Below, piece after piece: positions 39,919-51,471 of a DNA stretch of 64,000 nt. The stretch is from Octopus vulgaris (taxonomy: Eukaryota). The stretch lies in NCBI GenBank assembly GCA_951406725.2, contig OX597823.1, positions 868,001 to 932,000 of the forward strand, read 5' to 3'. Under the pieces are notes generated by a model that was given only the letters and a program-made list of their open reading frames with translations, was not told where the DNA came from and did no database searches. Positions within the stretch are counted from its first letter, which is position 1. Each line of letters starts with the position of its first letter. Position numbers and translations under genes: made by a program.

Positions 39919-40707
39919 AGCCATCGTTCAACGATAACTTTTCTGGCCGAAACTTTAAAATGACTATCAATAATTTTCTTGTTTAAGAATACGTGCACGT
40001 ACACACACATACACACACACATACACACACACATACACACACACGTACACACACACATACACACACACATGTATACACATGCGTATTTACGCCACCACAC
40101 AGATGTAAGTATGTATGTGTATATGCATGAGTGCATATATATGAGTGTGTGCGTGCTTGTTAATGTAAAGTGATGTTAAGCTCCCAGCAAGATGAGTCTG
40201 CGAGTCCGACTCATGTCGTTTCACTTCATTTCCTTTCGTCCCCCTTCACCTGTTTCAAAATGGACACCTGCTTATGATTAGTCCTCGATACACTTTATGA
40301 AGACGACGTGTTCGGGGGTGGGGGTGGGGGTGGGGTTAGTGGTGGTGGAATATTTCATCATTATGGAAATTGTTTAAACCAGTTGGAAGTTAGTTGACCG
40401 GATATCGAAATCAATATGAGTCAAAATCGCTCTTTCTCCTTATCTGTCTCTCAAATCGATATAAATCTATAAAATGTGTCCGTCAAATGTCATTATTTAA
40501 TGGTGCTGCTCCATGACCTCATGTCTCTGCCTTATCATTATTTCTCCATAAATCTGGTGAACTGTCGGCGGAGAGCTCCCAGTTGCAGTTTAAAACACCA
40601 TGTTGCTTGCTTCATAATGTTTACATGTGTATACGTACGCGCACACACACACACACATATTTATCTAGATAGATAGAATGTATAAAACACAAAAACAGAT
40701 ATACACA

Positions 40708-40770
<63 letters not shown>

Positions 40771-40955
40771 GTCCAGACCTATCCTAGGGTCATTCAACCC
40801 TATTATCAACCCTATTATCTCCCCTTATTTCGCTCTCGCATCTCATGTTTGATCTTCGACCTCTGGCCGAAATCAGATCGCCATGTTGATTCGTTAGCTA
40901 CTGCACGCATTTTTTTTTCTCTCCTTCTTTCTGTGTTTTTTTTCTCTCTGTGTAA

Positions 40956-40991
40956 CTTTCTGTTGAAGAGCGTAGGCTCGAAACGTTAAAG
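40956..40991 (+). ncRNA. Minimal hammerhead-like motif (A6U core variant)
   Basis: CUUU-CUGUUGA-a-GAGC-guag-GCUC-GAAACGUU^-AAAG. The downstream tail ends in (TA)n at ~41091. Confidence 0.55.
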
Positions 40992-41100
40992 ACTTGTTTT
41001 ATTTATATTTCCTGAGCGCCATACTAATACAATTGTTTGTTTGTTTTCCACCTGCCTTCGTCTTTTGTCTATTTTCATAAAGCTTCCCGTTATATATATA

Positions 41101-41348
41101 TTCACTTGAAGTATATATATGTTTACAAAGGCGGATAGGCATCGACACCTAACAAGCCATGCTACTTGAGACGGATGACGAGCAATGACTCTGAAACTAG
41201 TCTCCGAGTGCTGGCTTTGCTGGGTGAAGGTGCTTATCTCCCCCTTTGAGAACATAAGGACACAGAAAATGTTTCCTAGGGCTAAACAACAGTAGCATTC
41301 TTTCCTTTCATGGGACTGCCACATTAAGTTGGCAACAAACCAACACCT

Positions 41349-41350
<2 letters not shown>
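41101..41350 (+). mobile_element. Diverged copy of the HHR-bearing non-autonomous repeat family also seen at 42108-44468
   Basis: CGGAUGA..GAG..CUC-u-GAAACUAGUC at 41172-41202, with a shared tail (TCCTAGGGCTAAA...CATGGGACTG). Bounded by (TA)n. Confidence 0.7.
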
Positions 41351-41413
<63 letters not shown>

Positions 41414-41708
41414 TAGAAGGTTTGGAGATGATGTAGAGGTATTTTATATTAGAAGAAATGAGGTACTCAGAAATTCGGATGGTTTTATATTTACAGATAT
41501 TTATTTGTATATTACATATTTTTATACGTCATATAACTTAGATTATATATCATATATTAGCGCTTTCGTCCATTCTAGTGGAGTTTTCAAATTGAACTAA
41601 GTTATTGGGGAAAATTTGACCATTTTATAGTGGTATTGAGTGTGTAGTGGTGGGGAGGGATATAAGATAGTACAAGAGGGTGATGAATGGGGAGAAAGTG
41701 AGAGAGAG

Positions 41709-41753
<45 letters not shown>

Positions 41754-42032
41754 ATCTGAAAGGAGTGTTAAAGAAAAAGAAGGAACGGAAGAAAAGAGAG
41801 AGGAAGAAGAAAAAATTGTTTTGATGGTCTCTTTGCATCCGATGCGGCCAAGCCTTTTGCTAACGTTTCTACCAACTCGCTTATGTTGGTGTTGGTGTTT
41901 TTAGCAGTTCGGCAAAAGAGACTGATAGAAGAAGCACCAAGCTTAGAAAAGGAGTTCTGGGCTCAATTCATTCGACTAAAAATTCTTCGAAGCAGTGCTC
42001 CAGCTTGGCTGCAGTCTAATGACTGAAACAAG

Positions 42033-42108
<76 letters not shown>

Positions 42109-42267
42109 TTGTATACTGTCAACTTAACGTGACAGTCCCATAAAGGGAATCACACCACCGCTATTTAGCCCTAGGAAGCATCAACGCTTCCTGTCAGCCT
42201 TGACACATTTCCTGTGTCCTTATGTTTACAAGGGGAGACAAGCACCCCCACCCAGCTAAGCTTGCAC

Positions 42268-42307
42268 CCAGAGACTAGTTTCTGAGTCTTGCTCATCATC
42301 AGTCTGG
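42268..42307 (-). ncRNA. Canonical minimal type I hammerhead ribozyme
   Basis: CCAGA-CUGAUGA-UGAG-caaga-CUCA-GAAACUAGUC^-UCUGG. 5-bp stem I, palindromic stem III ACUAGU, GUC site. The host repeat spans 42108-42323 plus 44068-~44140. Confidence 0.85.
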
Positions 42308-42323
42308 AGTAGCCTGGCTTGCT

Positions 42324-42995
42324 TTTCTCTTTATTATAGGCACAATGGCCTGATCATAGAGAGGGGACATAACGAGACAAACGGGAACATAAAACAAATG
42401 ATGTATGATTGTTGGAATGATTAAACAATAACGAGAGTGAGGCGGTTCGACTCACTCCCGCTGCGAGACGAACCGTCAACTTTTCACATTAATTCTCAAT
42501 ACCATCGGGTCTCAGTGTGAGGCGAAACCACGATGGTCTTCTTATCATTATCGTATAAAATGTATCCTTAATTGTTCACATTAGTCTTTCTATTTTCCTT
42601 TTCTATTTTATCTTTTTTTCCAAGCATTACATTTTTCCTTTTTTTTTTTTACAATTTCACAAAACAAAAGACCCAAGTTCAATTCTCAGTTCATTCGCAG
42701 TTCAATTCACATGTTTTTAAAACAATTAGTTGCATTACACTCGTAATTATACTCACCGTCTACCTTTTCCCACCACATTTATTCTTCACACGACATTTTT
42801 TCTTCTTCCTCTCGTTCTCTCTCTTTTCTTGTGTTTTCCTTCTCGAGTCTACCGCTTCGTTCACCTCTTCCTCCGTTTGTGTACCAGTAATTTCTCCCGG
42901 CTGCAAAGACGTCTCTTCCATCTGTTCTTCTTTATCTTTGAGCTTAAACAACTCTAAATTTTCTCGCTCTGTTTCGTCTTCGTTTTGCACTTCCA

Positions 42996-43063
<68 letters not shown>

Positions 43064-44047
43064 ATAGTTGGTTCCTCAGTGTTACCGTTCTGATTCTCTG
43101 CTATTCCTTTACTTTTTTTCGTTTCTTCTAAAGTTGGTGACTTTTTACGTTCTCTCTTCCTGCTCTTCACCATATTCCTTCTATTATTGTTCTCCTTCTT
43201 CTCTTCGTCGGCTGCTTTTTCTTCCACCGTTGTTTCCAACCTTTTCTCTACTTCTGTATTCGGGCATTTCCTTCGCATATGCCCCCTCATGCCACACAAG
43301 TAGCATTTTGGGGGTCTTCCCTGCAGCACAATATCCAACTTTTCACCGGTTGGTAATTCTACCGTTTCCGGTATTTCCTCATAGTATTCTGAGGTTATGG
43401 CGCAAACTGCTTCAATTTCATAACCCCAGAAATTCAAACATTGTGTTTTGCTCATTGTTAGTATGTTCAACTTTGTATTTCCTCTCCGAAGATTCCCACT
43501 ATTACCCATTCGGGCTCTATTATGGGTGGGATTCTTCCAACTTTAATTTTCACCAACTTTTTTCCTGGTTTGTCGGGAATGAGAGTCCACCTATTTCCTT
43601 CTATCACTTGGTCGTTCATCTTTGCCATCTCCACATTTTCAAATATAACATTTACCGTGCCGTATTGGCTTCGTCTATTTATGAAAACCACTCTATCCAT
43701 TCAGCACGATACCATTGCTTCTATTTGAAATTCAGGTGCTATTTCAATCCTCCTGGATTCGTTGGAGAATGTTCTACATACTCTTGTTGAATTCCTTAAC
43801 ATTTCCTTTTTCTCCTCCGACATTACAAGCTTCACATTCGTTGCTTCTCTTTCTACTTTGCTCATGTATCTCTTCATCTTTTCAGGGTCCCAATTCAACG
43901 ACTTCGGTGTTAGGCTTCTTAATTTCTCCTTTTCCGGGTCTTCCGCTGTCGCTTCCGCGTAGCTCTTCATTTCTAATTTTTCTTTTACCGACAAACGTCG
44001 ACTTCGCACGCATCTTCGATTAGCTTCTATCAAAAAACAATAAAAAC
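42324..44047 (-). mobile_element. ORF1-only L1/Tx1-like retroelement (HAL1-type) with 20-bp TSD
   Basis: TSD CTGGAGTAGC(C/A)TGGCTTGCT at 42304-42323 and 44048-44067. Disrupted ORF 43970->42760 begins MKSYAEA and has the zinc knuckle CYLCGMRGHMRRKC. 3' end GGCC..AATAAAGAGAAAA. No RT or endonuclease. Confidence 0.82.
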
Positions 44048-44198
44048 CTGGAGTAGCATGGCTTGCTAGTTGCGGGTGCCTGTCTAGACCTTTTAAGCAT
44101 ATAATAATTCCAGTGAAATAAATCCACTGATCACAAAAAATAGAAATATTACATTTCTAAATATCTCAGAGAGATATAAGCAGTGGTGGTACGATAGA

Positions 44199-44468
44199 GT
44201 AGTTGTATACTGTCAACTTAACGTGACAGTCCCATAAAGGGAACCACACCACCGCTATTTAGCCCTAGGAAGCATCAACGCTTCCTGTCAGAAACTAGTC
44301 TCTGGATGCAGGCTTATCTGGATGGGTGTGCTTGTCTCCCCCTTGTAAACATTGGGACACAGGAAATGTGTCAAGGCCGACCGGAAGCGTTAATGCTTCC
44401 TAGGGCTAAATAGTGGTGGTGTGATTCCCTTCATGGGACTGTCACGTAAAGTTGACAGTATACAACTG
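44199..44468. mobile_element. Inverted, truncated pair of 3' ends of the same HHR repeat family
   Basis: 44199-44290 is the reverse complement of ~44378-44468. The plus arm starts at TCAGAAACTAGTCTCTGG, the 3' half of the HHR. Confidence 0.78.
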
Positions 44469-44482
44469 CTCTCTCTCTCTTT

Positions 44483-44530
<48 letters not shown>

Positions 44531-44534
<4 letters not shown>

Positions 44535-44795
44535 TTAAATTTAAAACGAGGGTGAGAAATTAGATATTAATTTAATTAACATCGATTTCACACCGGTGGT
44601 CTAGCATATAAAAAAACTGAAGGTTCAGTAAAATTGTATTATATACATATTAGAGGGAAACCACTATGTGGACACCCTTATGCTAGAAATAGATCCGCTA
44701 TGGTCTTACCACTAAGAAATGTTCTCAAGAAAAATTTAGCAAAACAACAAAAACGTAATCGAGGAAAGACAAAAGAAAAAGCAATAAAAATATGG

Positions 44796-44877
<82 letters not shown>

Positions 44878-45102
44878 ACGGTCGCACCGATGATCTACGG
44901 ACATCAATGTAAGTAAATTTACGTAATATGTTAATAGTGAAACATGTCTGCGAATAATCCATATTTTGATTGCTTTTTCTTTTGTCTTTCCTCGATTACG
45001 TTTTGGTTGTTTTGCTAAATTTTTCTTGAGAACATTTCTTAGTGGTAAGACCATAGCGGATCTATTTCTAGCATAAGTGTGTCCACATAGTGGTTTCCCT
45101 CT
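44531..45102. mobile_element. Asymmetric inverted-repeat Penelope-type element between (TA)n tracts
   Basis: 44652-44799 is the reverse complement of ~44956-45102; the left arm extends about 120 bp further. An HHR lies between the arms. Confidence 0.8.
44882..44953 (+). ncRNA. Hammerhead ribozyme motif (U4C variant, long stem II)
   Basis: UCGCA-CCGAUGA-...-GAAACAUGUC^-UGCGA. 5-bp stem I, palindromic stem III ACAUGU, GUC site. Confidence 0.72.
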
Positions 45103-47794
45103 TATATATATATATTACTTGTTTCAGTCATTAGACAGCAGCCAAGCTGGTTGACCTTTTCACTTTTCTTTTTTTCTGCAGTCGAGAAATTAAGCAACAG
45201 GAATTAATTACGGCCATCACTCAGTCAATGTCCATGATTAAAATGTAGGAAATTTGGTTGGAAAGGAACGAATGTACATGTAATCACTTTATTATTTTAA
45301 CATATATTAGTTTTATATTTTAGCACGAGGCCCGCAATTTCGTGTTCGACTGGAACTTATTTTACTGACCCCGAAAGGATGAAAGCCAAAGGCGACCGCC
45401 AGGCACTTTGTCTGGCGTGCTAACGCCCTTGCCAGTTGGCAGCCTTTATTTGAACATATACTAACATGTATTTCGCATGTGTCAATATATAGTAACGTGT
45501 CATAACAACTTTATTACAGTAAATATATATAAGAAGATCTTTGGTGAGTAGATATATATCAGGTCGATTAGGTAAGCGGTATTGGTCGAATGACCAGGTT
45601 CATTTGAAGATCCATTATTCCAAATGTGCTTTTTTGTAACAGATTATCCCACAACAAGATGCAGTTGGACATTACTGTGAGTCTTGTGTGGCATTGCGAT
45701 GTATTGCAGCTCTCCTTCATAAAACCTGTATTTGTTAGGGTTCGGCACAATAGAAGTGGACATGGTGGACTCAATGGGAGAAACCAAGGCTGTGTGGTGA
45801 AGAAGTTTGTTACGCAATTAAATGTTTACAGTTTCAATCTTAATTCGTGGTTTCCTGAACAAATGTCTTCTCAGTTAAATTTGGTTTACAGGAACTGAGG
45901 GAAATTCTGTCGAAGGTCCGTTAATAATTTTGGATAGTAGACCTTATATCGGTCTAGGTACGTTTACTTGTGTCTGTTATAGTAACAATTGGGTCAGGCC
46001 TTTGAAGCAGAGATAACTTCCTCCGTTCTTCTCACCAATGACGGTGGCTCTGAAAAGTATCGCCCCTGTTGCCCTTCCGCCTTCTCTCTTCACCTAAGAT
46101 AAACAGACGACATCGTGGTCGTCTGCATGCGATATTTTGTGGGGATGACCAAACTTAATTTACTGTCTTTTATTTTTCTAATAATTTAACTCATCAATTC
46201 ATTTAGTTCTTAGTTGAATCATTCGCTATTTCTCTTCTCTCGCCTTATCTTCTCTTTTATAACCCCATTCTTTTGTTTGTCTTTATGTTTACACACACAC
46301 ATGCATTCATATAGATATTGTATATATATACATACACGATACACATACACACGCACATACACATATGTACGTATGTACCTACCTACCTACACAAACATAC
46401 ATACATACACACATACATACATACATACATACATACATACATACATACATACATACATACATACATACATACATACATACATACATACATACATACATGC
46501 GTGTGTATTGCGTGGCTACATATCCATTCAACGAGCAATGGATTACATGGAGAACTAAGACATGATAATTAATGGAAATCCCATTGAAAGGTAAAATAGC
46601 CGGAAGTAGGGTGAGGAGGAGGAGGAGGAGGAAGTAAATGTTATTAGAATAATATTGATTTCCTTTGAATATTTTCCCGAAATCCGAACAAAAGGTCAAG
46701 TTTTGTCGAAATATTCAATAAGCCAGAACTTAATTATTGATAAGATTAAGTAATCCTGTGTTTCTGGTCATTATATGGAGGAAAAGTGACCAACAGGAAA
46801 CGGTATTGGACTAGTTGCTCAAAAGCCGTGAGTTCAAACCGACGTAGGGCAAAATGCTGGGGAACAGCGAGTGTTGCCTGGTTGCTCTTTCAACACCAAT
46901 TGCTTTTCATTTGTTTCTAGGAACGTGGCCGAGTTGTTAGGGTATTCAGATCCCAATCATAAGGTCATGAGTTCAATTCCGGCGACGCGCTGTGCCCTTG
47001 TGCAAGACAGTCTACACACCTAGCAAAACTGAGTAGTACTTCCATTTCAAACGGCCAGCCTTGTCATATTCTGTGACACGCTGAATTTACCTGAGAACTA
47101 CATTAAGGGTACGTGTGTCTGCGGAGTGCTCAGCCACTTGCATGTTAATTTCCTGAGCAGGTTGTTTCCTTGATCGGACCAACTGGAACCCTGGTCATCG
47201 TAACCGACGGAGTGCCACTATGTTCTTAAACAAAATTTCGGACAGGTTATCACTCACGTGGTTCTTTTATGTTGGACATAATTGAAAGTTTTGCTGATCT
47301 CAAATCCAAAATACCATTGTTACATTACTTTAGATATCTTTTCTCCCAAATAATCCTGATTCTAGGAGTCACTAAGTTCTCAAAGAGAGAGACTCAAGTT
47401 GATGAAAGAATTGACTGATTCCGGCGATCTCCATAGTATTTGAAATGTTGAAAGCTTGTCCGATAGATCAGTAGTTAGTGTCAGAGAAATTACTCTTTGT
47501 AGGAATGAGACATTCACTAATTCCTTGGATTACAAAACATCCTTGCAGAGGGATAAAAATTGAAGAGTTTTGTGAAGATATGAGTGAATTCTGGAATGGA
47601 TTGCTAAAAGCAGTCAACTTGTTGAGTTGGAACGGTCCGCGATATATTTCTCTCCTGGCCATGATTTAGGCAATTCCAAACGATGGCTTGCCCTTTATTT
47701 AAGTGGAATGTTGTGATTGGAAATTATCCATCCAGACAAGTTCGAGTCGACGCCATTCCGTTGAAATTTCTCCAGTTATACTTCATAGTATAGC

Positions 47795-48062
47795 AAGCAG
47801 CAAACACTCGTTTTAAGCAGCAAACACTCGTTTTAAGCAGCAAACATTCGTTTTAAGCAGCAAACACTCGTTTTAAGCAGCAAACATTCGTTTTAAGCAG
47901 CAAACACTCGTTTTAAGCAGCAAACATTCGTTTTAAGCAGCAAACACTCATTTTAAGCAGCAAACACTCGTTTTAAGCAGCAAACATTCGTTTTAAGCAG
48001 CAAACACTCGTTTTAAGCAGCAAACATTCGTTTTAAGCAGCAAACACTCGTTTTAAGCAGCA
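47795..48062. repeat. Minisatellite, 20-bp unit AAGCAGCAAACAYTCGTTTT x ~13
   Basis: Directly visible. Confidence 0.95.
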
Positions 48063-49416
48063 TCTTGACTTAAAAGTTTCAACAGAACGACGACGCAATA
48101 TTTCCTATATTCAGTGACGATGCTCGGAAACGATGACGCAACCGGCGTGCAGAGGTTTGTGTGGTATTTTTGTTGGAGGTGTGCATCACAGGAGATGGAA
48201 ATGAAGTCAATGCAGTTGAACTATCAGCAGGAGTACTTCCTACCGAAGCGATTTGGTCAAAAAGCGGCGTTTAAGATTATATAGAGTTGATGAAAATTCT
48301 TAAAAATTCGGTTTGTAATTTGAGAAGAGGAACTTGTTGGTCAAGCGGTGCAAACATCCTCGGCTTTGATTGTCTTACAGGCATCGGGCTTTAATGGTTT
48401 TTTAATAGCGATGGCGGCGGACTTCTTCCAGATGTAGGTCGTTATTTTTGTTAGTTGTACGAAGGGATTTTGGGCTTAGTTTGTGTAAGGAGTATAGAAG
48501 AACACGTCGAAGATGTTTTCGTCACTTACTAGCTGTCACAGATAAAAAAATTAAGCCTATTCACTGCCAAGGTTAGAACTGACGGAAGTGCGATTATTGG
48601 GCTGTCTTGAACTTATGAAGAATTCGAGTGCACAGGGTTAGTTGTGTCTAGAGAAGATCCGAAGTCTGTTGCTTTGGTTACCATGCCATTTATGGGTGCA
48701 CATTTAGCGATGGTTTAGTAAAGGATGGCTGAGGAGAAAGATGAAAAGTATGGGTGTGCTTAGCCAGGGATTGGCGAAGATAACAATTGATGCAGTCGTT
48801 TCAGAATAGCAAATAGAGACGAGTTGTTACTGTGAGGTTAGTTGAAATAAGCAGAGGAATTCCAGGCAAAAAATTCACCGAGGTTGATAACTGAGAGATG
48901 TTAGTGTAAAGAGATGTTTTCGGTGTCGGTTGAAAGACAGTGAAATAAGAGTTGGTAGCAAGAGGTGTTTAGAGAGCCGCGGAGACTGAAGAGGAGTTTA
49001 GAAAAAGAAGGAAGAAATAGTTTGATTGAGAGTTACTGGAAGTCTTAGCTGGTCACGTCCAGGTGAAGCAGATAAATGATAGAATGGATGTTACGCAATC
49101 ACAGACCAAAGTTTTTAGAACCAAGTTGGAAAAGAGAGGGTAACATGAACAACAAAAATAGATTCTTTAACCAAAATAAGAGATTTATGTTTCAGAGACG
49201 AATATGTGTGTAGTTAGTAAGAGTAGGTATGTCGATTGCTTGGTGTGGAGAGGAGCAGAATAACTCTTATAAGTTTCCCCATTGCTTTAAAACACCAACA
49301 GGAAAAGTAAAGAAGGCGTTTCACTTTTAGCACTGGTCAGAGAGGGAGATGTGTACCTTCTTGTATTACGTATTTGCAACTTGCTGGACCGGGCCATTGA
49401 GAAATGAGTGCCTCGG

Positions 49417-49500
<84 letters not shown>

Positions 49501-50041
49501 CGCAATGATAGTTTCTGAAACCAGGACTGAGACGACCACATGAAATATACCCACAGATTGAACAGAGTATAGATTTTGACGTAGGGGTGGGGTGGGATGG
49601 ATAGCATATTCAGTCGTAAGAGGGCGGGGGTTGAACGCGGCGTTGATCAAGATAGATCAGTATAGGTTGCTAGAATGCTTAAGCAGAAAAGAGCTCCGTA
49701 AAGTTTTGCATTTGGTTTCGGCAATTCCAAACGATGGTTTGCTCTTCGTTCAAGTAGAGTGTTATGATAAGAAATTAGTCATCCGGAAAAGTTCGAGTAG
49801 ACGCCATTCTGCAGAAACTTCTCTAATTATACAATTCTTCATAATATTGCTATCAGCCAAAACTCGTTTTAAGCTACAACTTGTTTTAAAGTTACAATAA
49901 AACAACACAAAAATGTCACTTCAATATTTATCAACAATAATCAGCGGTGACTGAAGTGGTCCAACGCCTGACAGACAAGATTTAGTTTCAGTTCACTAGA
50001 CTCATGGCTCAAATATCACCAGCGATCAATAAAGCAAGTGC

Positions 50042-50075
<34 letters not shown>

Positions 50076-50496
50076 TTGGGGTTGATTCGATCAGCTATAT
50101 AACATTTATAGACAATTTTCTAGATTTTCAAACTAGTCTAAGCAATCAATGTTTATCATTCAAAAATATTTGTGTGTGTGTGTGTTTGCCAGCAGAGTAA
50201 ACTGGAGCAATGTGAAATCAAGTGTTTTGCTTAAAAAACCAACGCATCGCCCAGTCCAGGAATAGAATTTACAATCTTACGATTACCAGTGTAACACATA
50301 CTAAGCCACACAGCTCCATGTTGATATATATATATATATATTATCTTATATTAAACTTTTAATACTTTTGGATAGTTATATAATAAAAAATAAATAAATA
50401 AAATAATAAAAAAAAATATATATATATATTTATACTATAAAATTAGATTTGATCCTAAATCTAATTTTTCCTTGTAAGTTTGGATTTACTCCCTAT

Positions 50497-50541
<45 letters not shown>

Positions 50542-50634
50542 TTAGAGACAAAACCACTATTATGCAAATCAAACAAAGAAACACTTAATCCAATACATAA
50601 AAAATTTTATATAAATTAAATATAATTAAGATAT

Positions 50635-50680
50635 CCACTACGATCGTTTCTTGTCACTTCTATTGACATTCATCAGGTGG
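50635..50680 (-). ncRNA. Minimal hammerhead ribozyme (left arm)
   Basis: CCAC-CUGAUGA-a-UGUCA..UGACA-a-GAAACGAUCGUA^-GUGG. Confidence 0.8.
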
Positions 50681-50757
50681 TTTCAAGACCTTCTTTGCAA
50701 GTTTTAAACTTTTTAAAAGTTTTAAATAGTTTAAAACTTGCAAAGAAGGTCTTGAAA

Positions 50758-50803
50758 CCACCTGATGAATGTCAATAGTAGTGACAAGAAACGATCGTAG
50801 TGG
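50758..50803 (+). ncRNA. Minimal hammerhead ribozyme (right arm)
   Basis: CCAC-CUGAUGA-a-UGUCA..UGACA-a-GAAACGAUCGUA^-GUGG. Palindromic stem III ACGAUCGU. Confidence 0.8.
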
Positions 50804-50810
50804 ATATCTT

Positions 50811-51220
50811 TCTCTTTTACTCTTTTACTTGTTTCAGTCATTTGACTGCGGCCATGCTGGAGCACCGCCTTTAGTCGAGCAACTCGACCCCGGGACTTAT
50901 TCTTTTGTAAGCCCAGTACTTATTTTATCGGTCTCTTTTGCCGAACCGCTAAGTGACGGGGACATAAACACACCAGCATCGGTTGTCAAGCAATGCTAGG
51001 GGGACAAACACAGACACACAAACACACACACTTATATATATATATATATACATATATACGACAGGCTTCTTTCAGTTTCCGTCTACCAAATCCACTCACA
51101 AGGCATTGGTCGGCCCGGGGCTATAGCAGAAGACACTCGCCCAAGATGCCACGCAGTGGGACTGAACCCGGAACCATGTGATTGGTTAGCAAGCTACTTA
51201 CCACACAGCCACTCCTGCGC
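50811..51220 (-). mobile_element. Full-length tRNA-derived SINE (34394 family) nested in the palindrome
   Basis: Close reverse complement of 34394-34800. Removing it restores the palindrome arm; a 3-bp CTT is duplicated. Confidence 0.9.
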
Positions 51221-51395
51221 CTTAATTATATTTAATTTATATAAAATTTTTTATGTATTGGATTAAGTCTTTCTTTGTTTGATTTGCATAATAGTGGTTT
51301 TGTCTCTAATAATATTATATTATATTTTACTATAAAATTGGATTCAATCCTAAATCTGATTTTTCCCTGTAAATTTGGATTTATTCCCTAATATT

Positions 51396-51462
<67 letters not shown>

Positions 51463-51471
51463 TTACAACCG

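Larger units (their letters stand above)
50533..51400. mobile_element. Head-to-head palindromic Penelope-type element with two hammerheads; right arm interrupted by a SINE
   Basis: The left arm 50533-50710 is the reverse complement of 50728-50810 plus 51221-51318. The right arm has an extra ~80-bp tail. (TA)n on both sides. Confidence 0.85.

Noticed and set aside
42572-43790. 173-aa and 240-aa plus-strand ORFs
   Set aside because: They are antisense to the ORF1-like frame; Phe/Ser/Leu-rich shadow.
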